In this document: one piece after another, positions 40,532 to 50,917 of the stretch
Numbering within the stretch: position 1 is the stretch's first letter
How the letters are laid out: each line of letters starts with the position of its first letter
Origin: Vulcanimicrobiota bacterium
GTDB lineage: Bacteria > Vulcanimicrobiota > Vulcanimicrobiia > Vulcanimicrobiales > Vulcanimicrobiaceae
Direction: 5' to 3'
Length of the DNA stretch: 64,000 nt
Assembly: GCA_963733295.1 (NCBI GenBank)
Contig: CAVTCS010000003.1
Coordinates: 448,001-512,000 of the forward strand
Made by a program: the position numbers and the translations under genes
The notes under the pieces: generated by a model
Database searches by the model: none
Told to the model about the DNA's origin: nothing
The model's input: only the letters and a program-made list of their open reading frames with translations

Positions 40532-41244
40532 GACGCTACGTCGCGCCGCTGCTCTGCGCGGTACTGGTCGCGTGCAACTCGAGCGCGAAGGTGCTCGGCG
40601 GCGATCCGCTCGTGCGAACCTTCCGCACGATCCGGCCCAGCGTCGTGCTCTTTACGATGAAGATTCCCAGCGACGACGAGAAGAAAAAGGGCCAGTTCGA
40701 CGACGCATACGGTTCGGGTGTGATCGTCGCGAGCGGCCCGTGGGGCAGTCAGATCTTGACCGTCGAGCACGTCATCCGCGACGCGCGCGATCTGAAGGCC
40801 ACGGTCGGCGAACGGCGTCTGCTACCGGCCCGCGTCACCGCGAGCGATTCGAAAGAAGATCTCGCGCTGGTCGAGGTCACCGCGCCGGGCCTTCCCGTCG
40901 CCGTGCTCGGGACGTCGCGCGGTCTCGACCCAGGGGAGCCGATCGGAGTCGCCGGCTATCCCATTCCCGACGCCTTCGAAGACGAAGGCCTCGGCGTCGC
41001 AACCTCGGTGTATGCCGGCCGCATCTCGAGCATTCGCAAGGACGCGCTGGAACTCGACCTGCCGGTCATCCCCGGTGAGAGCGGCGGGCCCGTGTTCGAC
41101 GTCCAGAACGGAACCGTGATCGCGCTCGCCGAGTCGCGCTTCGACGAAGAGAAAGCGATCGGTTTCGGCATTCCGATCGACGACGCGCGCCGGTTCCTCA
41201 AGGGCAAACTGCACGGCCCGCTCCCGACCTCGCCGCCGGGTTAG
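40528..41244 (+). CDS. Trypsin-like (S1C) serine protease lipoprotein without a PDZ domain
   Basis: Lipobox LVAC; triad contexts LTVEHV, DLALV and GESGGP. Confidence 0.85.
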   Translation: MRRYVAPLLCAVLVACNSSAKVLGGDPLVRTFRTIRPSVVLFTMKIPSDDEKKKGQFDDAYGSGVIVASGPWGSQILTVEHVIRDARDLKATVGERRLLPARVTASDSKEDLALVEVTAPGLPVAVLGTSRGLDPGEPIGVAGYPIPDAFEDEGLGVATSVYAGRISSIRKDALELDLPVIPGESGGPVFDVQNGTVIALAESRFDEEKAIGFGIPIDDARRFLKGKLHGPLPTSPPG

Positions 41245-41246
41245 CG

Positions 41247-41675
41247 CTACGTTCGAGCCGGTGACGGAGCTACGGTGACCGCGGGGACGGGCGGCGGCGC
41301 GACGTCGGCGCTCAGCGTCAGCGCTACCGGCTGCTCGATCACCGCCGTCTTGTCTTTGCCGACGGCCACGGGGATCGGTGACGGAGCTTGGTAGCCGGTT
41401 GCCGTGATGACGACTTGTTGCGTTCCGATCGGTACCTTGGGAAGCGTGAAGGCGCCCTGCGGGTCCGAGCGCGTGACGTACAGCGAGCCGACGCTGACGA
41501 GCGCACCCGAGATCGGACCGTTGGTCTTCGCGTCGATGACGCGGCCCGTGATCGCGCCGTAGTCTTGAACGCCGATGTAGTTGGGGTCGCATCCTTTGTC
41601 GCCCAAGGTCGCCGCCAAGACGGCGACGAGCAGGCCGAGGCGCAACCGCCGGGACGGGGAGAAGGTGCGGCTCAT
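41247..41675 (-). CDS. Secreted or lipoprotein with a carboxypeptidase-regulatory-like (prealbumin-fold) domain
   Basis: ATG at 41675; hydrophobic leader then Cys; ITGRVIDAKTNGPISGALV...SDPQGAFTL...TATGY; Pro-rich tail. Confidence 0.75.
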   Translation of the reverse strand: MSRTFSPSRRLRLGLLVAVLAATLGDKGCDPNYIGVQDYGAITGRVIDAKTNGPISGALVSVGSLYVTRSDPQGAFTLPKVPIGTQQVVITATGYQAPSPIPVAVGKDKTAVIEQPVALTLSADVAPPPVPAVTVAPSPART

Positions 41676-41726
41676 GACTGGGAAATTGGCGAAGGTTCGT
41701 TCCGCCCCTCGCGAAACTGAAGCCCG

Positions 41727-42080
41727 ATGAGCCCCTACGGCCCGGTCGTCATCTTCCTCGGAGTCGCGCTCGTCCTGGCGGTGATCTTTAGCCTCATCCC
41801 GGGCTTGCTCGCCCGGCGCAAACCGAATCCCGTCAAAGCGCAGCCGTACGAATGCGGGGTCGAACCGACCTCGACGGTCGGCGGCCGGTTTTCCATCCGC
41901 TTCTACCTTATTGCGATGCTGTTCGTCGTGCTCGACGTCGAGGCGGCGTCGTTCTTCCCGTGGGCCGTGCAGATGCACGCCCTGCGAATGTACGGCCTCG
42001 TCGAGATGGTCGCGTTCGTGGTCGTTCTCGGTATCGGTTACGCCTACGTGTGGCGGAAAGGGGGTTTCCAATGGAGGTGA
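41727..42080 (+). CDS. nuoA: NADH-quinone oxidoreductase subunit A
   Basis: PYECG and [14 protein letters not shown]; three TM segments. Confidence 0.95.
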   Translation: MSPYGPVVIFLGVALVLAVIFSLIPGLLARRKPNPVKAQPYECGVEPTSTVGGRFSIRFYLIAMLFVVLDVEAASFFPWAVQMHALRMYGLVEMVAFVVVLGIGYAYVWRKGGFQWR

Positions 42081-42550
42081 TGCCGGGACAGTTCCTCCTC
42101 GGAAAACTCGACGACGTCGCTCGCTGGGCGCAGAGTTCGAGCGTCTGGCCGCTTACCATGGGTTTGGCGTGCTGCGCCATCGAGATGATGAGCTCGCTCG
42201 ACCCACAGCACGACCTCGCGCGCCTCGGTTCGGAAGTTTTCCGCTCCTCGCCGCGCCAAGCCGACCTCATGATCGTTTCGGGCCGCGTCGCGCAAAAAAT
42301 GGCGCCGATCATCAAACGGCTCTACGACCAGATGGCCGATCCCAAGTGGGTCATTTCGATGGGCGCGTGCGCAAGTTCGGGAGGCGTGTTCGACAATTAT
42401 GCGATCGTGCAAGGCGTCGACACCGTCATCCCGGTCGACGTCTACGTGCCGGGCTGTCCGCCGACGCCCGACGGCTTGATTTATGCGATCAATCTGATCC
42501 AGCAGCAAATCCGCGAAGGCGGTCGCGGCGGGATCTTCGCGCGAGCGTAA
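42071..42550 (+). CDS. nuoB: NADH-quinone oxidoreductase subunit B
   Basis: [21 protein letters not shown] and VPGCPP; the start is 42071 or 42080. Confidence 0.95.
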   Translation: MEVMPGQFLLGKLDDVARWAQSSSVWPLTMGLACCAIEMMSSLDPQHDLARLGSEVFRSSPRQADLMIVSGRVAQKMAPIIKRLYDQMADPKWVISMGACASSGGVFDNYAIVQGVDTVIPVDVYVPGCPPTPDGLIYAINLIQQQIREGGRGGIFARA

Positions 42551-42551
42551 C

Positions 42552-43184
42552 ATGCCGAGTCCGCAGACACCCTCGATCGCCGGGACAGCCCTCGACCCGA
42601 CGAGTCTTCGCCCGCCCATAGCCGACGCTGAAATCTTCCGCGTTACTCCGGCCGAGTTGCGCGAGCGACTGCTCGCGCTGAAGAACGAAGGGCTCGCGAT
42701 GCTGCTCGACATCGGCGCGGTCGATTATCTCGAACGCGACCCTCGCTACGACGTCGCCTACCACATGCTGGCGCTCTCCGCGGCGGCGGCCGGTAAGGGC
42801 CTCGTCTCAACTCCGCGGCGCGTGCGCGTGCTGGTCGGCGTACCCGCGGGCGAAACGACGCTTCCCTCGGTGAGCGATATTTGGCCGAACGCGGATTGGG
42901 CCGAACGCGAGATCTTCGACCTGTTCGGAATTTCGTTCGCGGGCCATCCCAATCTCAAGCGCATCCAAATGCCGTACGACTGGGTGGGTCACCCGCTGCG
43001 CAAAGACTATCCGCTGCGCGGACCGGCGCGCGAGGCGACTCCACGTCCGTCCTTTGCGCTCAAGAGCAACGTGCCCGCCGGCGTGCCGCCGTCCGGAAAA
43101 GTAGCGCAAGCGCTGCAGCGTCAGATCGCCCGCGCTCGCGGTCAAGCCGAACCGCCCGAGCCCAAAGACGGCGACGCCACATGA
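42552..43184 (+). CDS. nuoC: NADH-quinone oxidoreductase subunit C
   Basis: EREIFDLFGI and GHPLRKDYPL. Confidence 0.93.
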   Translation: MPSPQTPSIAGTALDPTSLRPPIADAEIFRVTPAELRERLLALKNEGLAMLLDIGAVDYLERDPRYDVAYHMLALSAAAAGKGLVSTPRRVRVLVGVPAGETTLPSVSDIWPNADWAEREIFDLFGISFAGHPNLKRIQMPYDWVGHPLRKDYPLRGPAREATPRPSFALKSNVPAGVPPSGKVAQALQRQIARARGQAEPPEPKDGDAT

Positions 43185-44389
43185 GTTTGACCGAAATCGA
43201 CGTCATCGAACGCGACGGAGACATGATGACGCTCTCGATGGGGCCGCAGCACCCGTCGACGCACGGCGTCCTTCAGGTGATGGTCAAGCTCTCCGGCGAG
43301 ACGATCGAAAAGGCCGACATGGAGATCGGCTACCTGCACACCGGCATCGAGAAGTCGGCCGAAAATCTCTTTTGGACCCAAGCAGCCACCGTCATCGAGC
43401 GGATGGATTACCTCTCTCCGCCCAGCAACGCGCTCTGCTACGTGTTGGCCGTGGAGCGGTTGCTCGGCGTCACCGATAGAATTCCGCCGCGGGCTCAGGC
43501 CGTCCGCGTCATGATGTGCGAGCTCGCGCGCATCGCCTCGCATTGCGTGTGGCTCGGGACGCACGGGATCGATCTCGGTGCCATCGGCGCGTTCTTCTAC
43601 ACCTTCGACATGCGCGAGAACATCCTCGACCTGGTGGAAGCCTCCGGCGGGGCGCGCATGCATCCGAACTACTTCCGGATCGGCGGTCTCAACGGGGACA
43701 TCCCGCGCGGATTCCTCGAGCGGCTCGACGCGCTCATCGAGAAGTTTCCCGTCCGCATGCACGAACTGCGCACGCTGCTTCAGAACAACCCGATCTTGCG
43801 AGATCGCATGATCGATGTCGGCGTCCTCAGTCCCGAAGATGCGATCGCCTACTCCGTGACCGGACCGTCGCTGCGTGCTTCGGGGATCGCCTACGACGTG
43901 CGCAAGGCGTTTCCGTATTCGGGCTACGAGTCGTACGAGTTCGACGTTCCGACGCGCACGCACGGCGACGCCTATGCGCGCTTTCTCGTACGGCTCGACG
44001 AGATGGATCAAGCGATGCGAATCGTGCGGCAAGCGCGTCGACGGCTCGACGAGCCGGGACCGGTGATGGTCGACGATCCGAAGATCGCGCCGCCGGCGAA
44101 AGAGACGATCGCGCTTTCGATGGAAGCGCTGATCCACCACTTCAAACTCGTGAGCGAAGGCTTTCGCGTACCGCCGGGCGACGTCTACCAAGCCGTCGAG
44201 GGACCGCGCGGCGAACTCGGCTTCTACTTGGTCTCGACGGGGAACAATCGGCCCTGGCGCGTGCGGACGCGTCCGCCCTCGCTGTACAATCTGCAGGTTC
44301 TCAAAGCGATCGCTCCGGGCAACCTCATCGCCGACGTCGTCGTGACGATCGGCTCGCTGGACCCGGTCTTCGGCGAGGTCGACCGGTGA
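43181..44389 (+). CDS. nuoD: NADH-quinone oxidoreductase subunit D
   Basis: GPQHPSTHGVL, GYLHTGIEK, RMDY, EGPRGELG and GEVDR. Confidence 0.95.
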   Translation: MSLTEIDVIERDGDMMTLSMGPQHPSTHGVLQVMVKLSGETIEKADMEIGYLHTGIEKSAENLFWTQAATVIERMDYLSPPSNALCYVLAVERLLGVTDRIPPRAQAVRVMMCELARIASHCVWLGTHGIDLGAIGAFFYTFDMRENILDLVEASGGARMHPNYFRIGGLNGDIPRGFLERLDALIEKFPVRMHELRTLLQNNPILRDRMIDVGVLSPEDAIAYSVTGPSLRASGIAYDVRKAFPYSGYESYEFDVPTRTHGDAYARFLVRLDEMDQAMRIVRQARRRLDEPGPVMVDDPKIAPPAKETIALSMEALIHHFKLVSEGFRVPPGDVYQAVEGPRGELGFYLVSTGNNRPWRVRTRPPSLYNLQVLKAIAPGNLIADVVVTIGSLDPVFGEVDR

Positions 44390-45159
44390 ACCGCGCGGTC
44401 GAGGAGCGCGACTTCGACGCGGTGCTGCGCCGAGTCAAGCCCGAAGCCGAGCGGCTCATCGGCTTGTACCCGGACAAGCGCAGCGCGTTGATGCCGATCC
44501 TGCATGCCTTCCAAGACATCGAAGGCTGGGTTTCACCCGAAGCGCTTGACGCAACCGGTGAGCTGCTCGACCTGCCGCGCTCGGTCGTCGAGTCGACCGC
44601 TTCGTTCTACACGCTGTTCTTCCGGCGGCCCGTCGGCAAGTACATGCTGCAGCCTTGCCGCAACCTCTCCTGCATCGTCAACGGCGCGTACCAAACGAAC
44701 GCGTACTTGCGGCAGAAGCTCGGCATCGGAAATCTGGAGACGACCGAGGACGGCCTCTTCTCATACGAAGAAGTCGAGTGTTTGGCCGCGTGCGACCGCG
44801 CGCCGTGCATGCAAGTCAACCTCGAATACGTGTACGACTTGACCGAAGAGAAGATCGACGGCATGCTGGCGGCGATGCGTGCCGGATCCTACGAAGTGCC
44901 GGCGTGGCCGCAAACGGCGAAGCCGGGGCGCACCTGGCACGTCGGGCCCGATCCGATGGGCAAGTCGCCGGGGGCGCGCGACGTGCCCGACCCGAACGAT
45001 CCCGGCGGCCTCGGCGACCGCACCGGCGTCTCGATGATCGAGCGGCTCGTTAGAGATCCGCAACCGATTCGGGTGCGCCCGACGCGCGAGCGTCTGGTCG
45101 TCGACGGCGATGCGATCCTTGAAGCGGAAGCTGCCGAAGCGGAGGGTTCCGGACACTAA
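44386..45159 (+). CDS. nuoE: NADH-quinone oxidoreductase subunit E with C-terminal extension
   Basis: ASFYTLF, CRNLSC and ECLAACDRAP (N1a ligands); GTG at 44386 overlaps the nuoD stop. Confidence 0.92.
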   Translation: MNRAVEERDFDAVLRRVKPEAERLIGLYPDKRSALMPILHAFQDIEGWVSPEALDATGELLDLPRSVVESTASFYTLFFRRPVGKYMLQPCRNLSCIVNGAYQTNAYLRQKLGIGNLETTEDGLFSYEEVECLAACDRAPCMQVNLEYVYDLTEEKIDGMLAAMRAGSYEVPAWPQTAKPGRTWHVGPDPMGKSPGARDVPDPNDPGGLGDRTGVSMIERLVRDPQPIRVRPTRERLVVDGDAILEAEAAEAEGSGH

Positions 45160-46422
45160 TGCCCGTCGTCAGAGTGCTCACCGCCGGGATCGGCGAGGTC
45201 GACCTGCGCGATATCGATACGTACCGCAAGCGTGGCGGCTACGAGCAGTGGAAGCGCGCGGTTACGGAGATGCAGCCCAGCGCGATCCTCGACATGACGA
45301 TGAAGTCGGGGCTGCGCGGGCGCGGCGGGGCCGGGTTTCCGACCGGCCGCAAGTGGAGTTTTTTGCCCGACAACGGCCGCCCGCGCTATCTCGTCTGCAA
45401 CTCCGATGAGGCCGAGCCCGGAACGTTCAAGGATCGCATGCTGCTCGAGGAGACCCCGCATCAAGTGCTCGAGGGGATGCTCATCGCCGCGTATTCGATC
45501 GGTTCGACGCACGCCTTCATCTATATCCGCGGTGAGTTCAAGGCCGCCTACTCCACCTTCATGGAAGCGTTGGCGCAAGCTCGCGCGGCCGGCTTCGTCG
45601 GTCAGAAGCTTTTCGGGACGGAGTATTCGGTCGAGGTGACGGTCCACCGCGGGGCCGGCGCGTACATCTGCGGCGAAGAGACCGCGCTCCTCAATTCGCT
45701 CGAAGGCAAACGCGGCGAACCCCGGCTCAAGCCGCCCTTTCCCGCGGTTAAGGGCCTATACGGCGAGCCCACCGTCGTCAACAACACCGAGACGGTCGCA
45801 TCGCTTCCGCATCTGTTGAAGAACGGCGTCGAGTGGTTTACGGCAATCGGAACCGCGAAATCGCCCGGACCGAAGATCGTTTCGATCAGCGGTCACGTCA
45901 AGAAACCCGGGAACTACGAAGTCCCGCTCGGGACGACGCTGCGCGAACTCTTGGAGCTGGCCGGCGGCCCGCGGGACGGCCGCAAGATCGTCGCGGTGCA
46001 ACCCGGCGGCGGTTCGTCGGCGTGCCTCTTTGACGAGCATCTCGACCTCGCGTACGATTTCGACACGATGGCCCAGAACGGCACGATGCTCGGTTCGGGC
46101 GCCGTCGTGTTCTTCGACGATACGACGGACTTCGTGAAAGCGGCGCACGCGCTGGTGCGCTTCTTCGCGTTCGAGTCCTGCGGTCAGTGCACGCCCTGCC
46201 GCGAAGGCGGCCATTGGCTCGAGATTACGCTCGAGCGGCTCATCGCCGGCGGCGGCGTCGATTCGGATATCGACATGCTCGTGAAGGTCAGCGCGCAGCT
46301 GACCGGTATCAACCTGTGTCCGCTCGGCGATTCGATCGAACCGTTCTTAGCTTCGGTCGTCGAAGCGATTCGAAGCGCAATTCCGGGCCTACGTCCGCAA
46401 GCCGGAAGCGGTGACGGCGTGA
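45159..46422 (+). CDS. nuoF: NADH-quinone oxidoreductase subunit F (probable one-base insertion near 46360; uncorrected frame ends 46478)
   Basis: GLRGRGGAGFPTG, DEAEPGTFKDR, GAGAYICGEETAL, ESCGQCTPCREG and LCPLGD. The shifted frame gives a NuoF-like end KRFEAQFRAYV...TGA at 46420-46422. Confidence 0.92.
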
Positions 46423-46470
46423 TGCGGTGGAGCAGAAGCGCGAGGCGCCCAATGACGTGCGAGGTTTTGC

Positions 46471-48720
46471 TTGGCTAAAGACGTGACGCTGACGATCGAC
46501 GGCACGAGCCTTACCGTACCGGCCGGAACGTTGCTCGTCGAAGCCGCCAAGGCGATTCGAACGGACATCCCGGTCTACTGTTATCATCCCAAACTGGGAC
46601 CGGCCGGATTGTGCCGGATTTGCCTCGTCGACGTCGAGAAGACGCCGAAGTTGCAGATCGCCTGCAACACCGCCGCGACCGAAGGAATGGTGGTGCACAC
46701 CTACGGCCCAAAGGTCGAGGCCGGAAGGCGCGCCGTTCTCGAGTTCTTGCTGCTGAACCATCCGCTGGATTGTCCCATCTGCGACAAAGGCGGCGAGTGC
46801 GATCTGCAAGATTTCACGATTGCGTACGGTCGGGGCGCCTCACGTCTGGCCGACCCGAAGACAAAAAAGCCCAAGGCGGTCGAACTCGGTCCGACGATCG
46901 TGCTCGACAACGAACGCTGCATCGTCTGTCAGCGTTGCTCGCGCTTCGATGAGATCATCACCCAAGAGCGTTCGCTCGTCGTCAAGGACCGGGGTCAATC
47001 CGACATCATCGCCACCGCGACCGGCGCGGCGTACCTCTCGAACTTCAGCGGCAACGTGACCGAGCTTTGCCCGGTCGGCGCGCTCACCTCGAAAACGTAC
47101 CGCTTCAAGTCGCGCCCTTGGGACCTCGAACGGACCGCGACGACGTGTCTCGGGTGCAGCGTCGGATGCGCGCTCAACATCGACGAGCGGCACGGCGCCG
47201 TTCTGCGCACGATGTCGGAACCTTCCGACGACGCCCAATCCGACGGGTGGCTCTGCGATCGGGGCCGCTACAACGTCGGCTTCTACAGCGACCCGCGTCG
47301 TTTGACGGCGCCGCTCCTGCGCGAAGGCGATGACTGGGTTCAGATCGCTTGGGACGACGCGATCGAACTCTGGGCGAAGAACCTGCGCGATGCGACCGCT
47401 GCCGCCAGCGGTGCGCTCGGCGGCGGATGCTTGACGAACGAAGAGGCCTGGCTCTTCCAATATCTCGTTCGTGCGCGCGGCGGCGACAATCTCGATTGGC
47501 GTACCGGGCGGCAGCGGCAAGCCTCCGCCTCGCGTTTTCCGGGCAGCTACGCCGATCTCGAGACGGCGCAAGCGATCGTCGCGATTGGCCGGCCGCCTTC
47601 GCAGACGGCACCCGTCATGGATTTGCGCATCCGCAAGGCGGTCGCGCACAAGGGCGCGCAGCTGTTTACCGTAGGATTGCATCGGGCGCGTTCGTCGGTG
47701 CCCGAGAAACACGTCGCCGAGCCTGCGGAGCTTGCTGGTCTGCTGGAGGGTTTCGAGCGCATCGCGTTCGTTTGGGATGGCATCGATCTCGCCCGCGGTG
47801 CCGAAGCGGCGAAGCTGATGACGCAGCTCGCAGCGAAAGGCGCCGCCGTCGTGGCTTTCGTTCCGGGCGAGCAGCCGAACGCGCGCGGTGCCGAAACGCT
47901 CGGGCTCGTGCCGCGCAGCGGAGGCCTCGACGCATTCGGCATGTTCGACGCGGCGCGGGGCGGGAAGCTCAACGTCCTTTCGATTCTCGGCGCCAATCCG
48001 GTTCTGCACCACCCTTCCGGCGCCGCCGCCGTTCGTGCCGCACTGGCGCGGGTTCCATTCGTCGTCGTGAGCGAGCTGTTCATGACCGAGACGGCAGCGC
48101 TCGCGAACCTCGTCTTACCGGCGCGCGGCGCCTTCGAGAAGAGCGGCCACGTGACGGATATGACCGGCACGATCTTGCCCTTGCGCGCCGGTCACCGCGC
48201 GCCGGAAGGGACGCTCGCGGACGGGGAAATGCTCGTCGCGCTCGCGGCCGCACTCGGTGTCGAGCTGCCGGCGCCGGACGCTATCGAAGCGCAAGCGATG
48301 AGCGCCGCATCGACTCCCGCCGGCTTCGCCGACGTTGCGCTCAGCGGCACCGCGCCGTCGCGGCGTGAGAGCGAGGGCAGTCTCGTCGTCGCGATCGCGG
48401 CCCATCCGTTCGCCGGCGGCGGCACGCTCCACCATGACGAGAGCCTTCACGAGCTGCGTCCGCTTCCGTCTGCGACGCTCTCCCCGGCCACCGCGCTCGC
48501 TGCGGGTGTCAGTGACGGTGAGACGGTCGATCTCGCCGTCGGTCAGCGCGTCGTGCACGACCTTCTGATCGCCGTCGACGACGGCGCCATCGACGGCGCG
48601 ATCTCGATCGTCGACGGCATTCCGGCCGCGCCCGCCAACGATCTGCTCGAAGGCGAGATGGCGCGCCTGATCAACGTCCGGTCCGTCCGCGCGCTCGCAG
48701 CCGGAGGCGCTGCAGGGTGA
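46471..48720 (+). CDS. nuoG: NADH-quinone oxidoreductase subunit G
   Basis: CYH, CRICLV, HPLDCPICDKGGECDLQ, CIVCQRC and CPVGAL, plus the N7-type CLGCSVGC...LCDRGR. Confidence 0.93.
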   Translation: MAKDVTLTIDGTSLTVPAGTLLVEAAKAIRTDIPVYCYHPKLGPAGLCRICLVDVEKTPKLQIACNTAATEGMVVHTYGPKVEAGRRAVLEFLLLNHPLDCPICDKGGECDLQDFTIAYGRGASRLADPKTKKPKAVELGPTIVLDNERCIVCQRCSRFDEIITQERSLVVKDRGQSDIIATATGAAYLSNFSGNVTELCPVGALTSKTYRFKSRPWDLERTATTCLGCSVGCALNIDERHGAVLRTMSEPSDDAQSDGWLCDRGRYNVGFYSDPRRLTAPLLREGDDWVQIAWDDAIELWAKNLRDATAAASGALGGGCLTNEEAWLFQYLVRARGGDNLDWRTGRQRQASASRFPGSYADLETAQAIVAIGRPPSQTAPVMDLRIRKAVAHKGAQLFTVGLHRARSSVPEKHVAEPAELAGLLEGFERIAFVWDGIDLARGAEAAKLMTQLAAKGAAVVAFVPGEQPNARGAETLGLVPRSGGLDAFGMFDAARGGKLNVLSILGANPVLHHPSGAAAVRAALARVPFVVVSELFMTETAALANLVLPARGAFEKSGHVTDMTGTILPLRAGHRAPEGTLADGEMLVALAAALGVELPAPDAIEAQAMSAASTPAGFADVALSGTAPSRRESEGSLVVAIAAHPFAGGGTLHHDESLHELRPLPSATLSPATALAAGVSDGETVDLAVGQRVVHDLLIAVDDGAIDGAISIVDGIPAAPANDLLEGEMARLINVRSVRALAAGGAAG

Positions 48721-49724
48721 ACGCAGTCTTGGACGTGTTGAACGCCACGCCGCTTTGGCTCATCGCGCTCATCAAATCGGTGGTCCTCCTGGTCATCGTT
48801 TTAACTGCTTTCGCATATGCGATGCTCTTCGAGCGCAAGATCCTGGGTTGGATGCAGTTAAGGCCGGGACCGAATCGCGTCGGACCGTGGGGTCTGCTGC
48901 AGCCGGCCGCGGACGCAGGCAAGATGCTGTTCAAGGAAGATCTTACCCCCGAAACCGCCGACCCGCTGATCTACAAACTGGCGCCGTTCATCTCGCTCTT
49001 CGTGGCGATGGCGACGTTCGCCGTGATCCCGTTTTCAGAATCGGGGAACGGCCTATGGGCGGTCGGAGACGTAAACTCCGGCATCCTGTTCATCTTCGCG
49101 TTGACCGCAGTCGGCGTCTACGGTGTCTCGCTCGGTGGCTGGTCCTCGGGTTCGAAGTATCCGCTCATCGGGGGTATACGCTCGACCGCACAGATGATCA
49201 GCTACGAACTCGCGATGACCATGTCGATTATCGGCGTCCTGATCCTGGCCGGCACGACGTCGCTCGCGGGGATCGTCCACGCCCAAGACCGGCTTTGGTT
49301 CATCGTTCCGCAGTTCGTGGGTTTCCTGATCTACATCGTTACCGCGGTCGCCGAAACCAACCGCACGCCCTTCGATCTCGTCGAAGCCGAAAGCGAGCTC
49401 GTCGCGGGCTTCCACACCGAATACTCGGGACTCCGTTTCGGCCTGTTCTTCATCGCCGAGTACTTGAACATGATCACCGTGGCGTGCGTCGCGACGCTGC
49501 TCTTCTTGGGCGGGTGGGGTGCGCCGTTCGGGCTCGCCGTCGTCCCGGGAATCGTCTGGTTCGTGCTGAAGGCCGGTCTGTTCGTCTTCCTCTATATCTG
49601 GTTGCGCGGAACCTTTCCGCGCTTGCGCTACGATCGTCTGATGGCGTTCGGGTGGAAGGTCCTCTTACCGGTCGCGGTAGTCAACTTGATCGTTACGGCC
49701 GCAATCGTGGCGGTGGTGGGGTAA
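48717..49724 (+). CDS. nuoH: NADH-quinone oxidoreductase subunit H
   Basis: ERK, GPNRVGPWGLLQ, AETNRTPFDL and PRLRYDRLM. Confidence 0.95.
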   Translation: MNAVLDVLNATPLWLIALIKSVVLLVIVLTAFAYAMLFERKILGWMQLRPGPNRVGPWGLLQPAADAGKMLFKEDLTPETADPLIYKLAPFISLFVAMATFAVIPFSESGNGLWAVGDVNSGILFIFALTAVGVYGVSLGGWSSGSKYPLIGGIRSTAQMISYELAMTMSIIGVLILAGTTSLAGIVHAQDRLWFIVPQFVGFLIYIVTAVAETNRTPFDLVEAESELVAGFHTEYSGLRFGLFFIAEYLNMITVACVATLLFLGGWGAPFGLAVVPGIVWFVLKAGLFVFLYIWLRGTFPRLRYDRLMAFGWKVLLPVAVVNLIVTAAIVAVVG

Positions 49725-49727
49725 AAC

Positions 49728-50324
49728 GTGAACTCCTATTTCGCTGGTGTGGTGGCGCTCGTCCGGGGTCTCTTGACGACGATGTCCTTCACCTTCAAGA
49801 AGAAGCCGACGATTCCGTATCCGTCGGTCAAAAAGCAGCACGCGCCGCGTTTCCACGGCTTGCACGAACTGCGCCGCTACGGCGACGGCAAGGAGCGCTG
49901 CATCGGCTGCGAACTCTGCGCGATCGCCTGCCCTGCCAACGCCATCACCGTGATCGGAACCGAGAACGCTCCCGGCGATCGCCGTTCGCCGGGCGAGCGT
50001 TATGCCGCGCGCTACGAAATCGACGAGTTGCGCTGCATCTTTTGCGGCATGTGCGAAGAAGCGTGTCCGACCGACGCGATCGTGCTGACCCCGCGTTTTG
50101 AGATGGCCGACTACCGGCGCGGATCGTTCATTTACGCCAAGGACCGCCTGCTCGTGCCACCCGAAGCGGGAGTGGGCGTCGCACCCGACGAGCGCCCCGG
50201 CGGCATTCCGGCCGATCTCGGCGAGGTCGCCGAGCAGAAGAGCACCGTCGATGTCGCCGACGGCTACGGCGCTACTTGGCGCGGCACGATCCTCAAGACC
50301 CAACGGAAGGGTCTGGCCGGATGA
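49728..50324 (+). CDS. nuoI: NADH-quinone oxidoreductase subunit I
   Basis: CIGCELCAIACP and CIFCGMCEEACP. Confidence 0.95.
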   Translation: MNSYFAGVVALVRGLLTTMSFTFKKKPTIPYPSVKKQHAPRFHGLHELRRYGDGKERCIGCELCAIACPANAITVIGTENAPGDRRSPGERYAARYEIDELRCIFCGMCEEACPTDAIVLTPRFEMADYRRGSFIYAKDRLLVPPEAGVGVAPDERPGGIPADLGEVAEQKSTVDVADGYGATWRGTILKTQRKGLAG

Positions 50325-50917
50325 CGGTGTTCTGGATTCTTGGCGTGCTCCTCGTTGCGAGCGCGATCTTCACCGTCACGCAGAAGAGCCCCGTGCACAG
50401 CGTCATCGGTTTGCTCGTGCACCTCGTTACGCTCGCGGCGCTCTTCATGACGCTCGATGCCGAGTTCTTGGGGATCGTTCAAATCCTGATCTACGGCGGC
50501 GCGACCCTCATGCTCTTCGTCTTCGTCATCGCGCTGCTCTCGAGCGGAACCGTTCCGCTCAGCGACGGCCCCAACCGGTTGCCGTTCGCGCGTGGACCGG
50601 CTGTTGCGATCGTGATCGTCGCTTTCGCGGCACTCGTCTACGCGGTGCTCCGCGAACCGCTGTCCCCCGGTAGCATTCTCGCGCCGAGCTCCACGCTCGG
50701 ACAAGCCGGACAGCCGGACGTCTTCGGAAGCATCGGCGACTTCGGGGCGGCGCTGTTCACGACGCACCTCTTGCCTTTCGAGGTGACCGCCTTCATTCTC
50801 ATGGTCGCCGTGATCGGGGTCGTGCTGATCGCGGCCGACGCCGCTCCCGAGCGTACGCGAGGACGTCACCCCGTCCGGCCGGCGCGCGAGCGCGAGCCGA
50901 TCGTCAAGGTTCGATGA
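50321..50917 (+). CDS. nuoJ: NADH-quinone oxidoreductase subunit J
   Basis: AEFLGIVQILIYGGA and LLPFEV; ATGA overlap with nuoI. Confidence 0.92.
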   Translation: MTVFWILGVLLVASAIFTVTQKSPVHSVIGLLVHLVTLAALFMTLDAEFLGIVQILIYGGATLMLFVFVIALLSSGTVPLSDGPNRLPFARGPAVAIVIVAFAALVYAVLREPLSPGSILAPSSTLGQAGQPDVFGSIGDFGAALFTTHLLPFEVTAFILMVAVIGVVLIAADAAPERTRGRHPVRPAREREPIVKVR

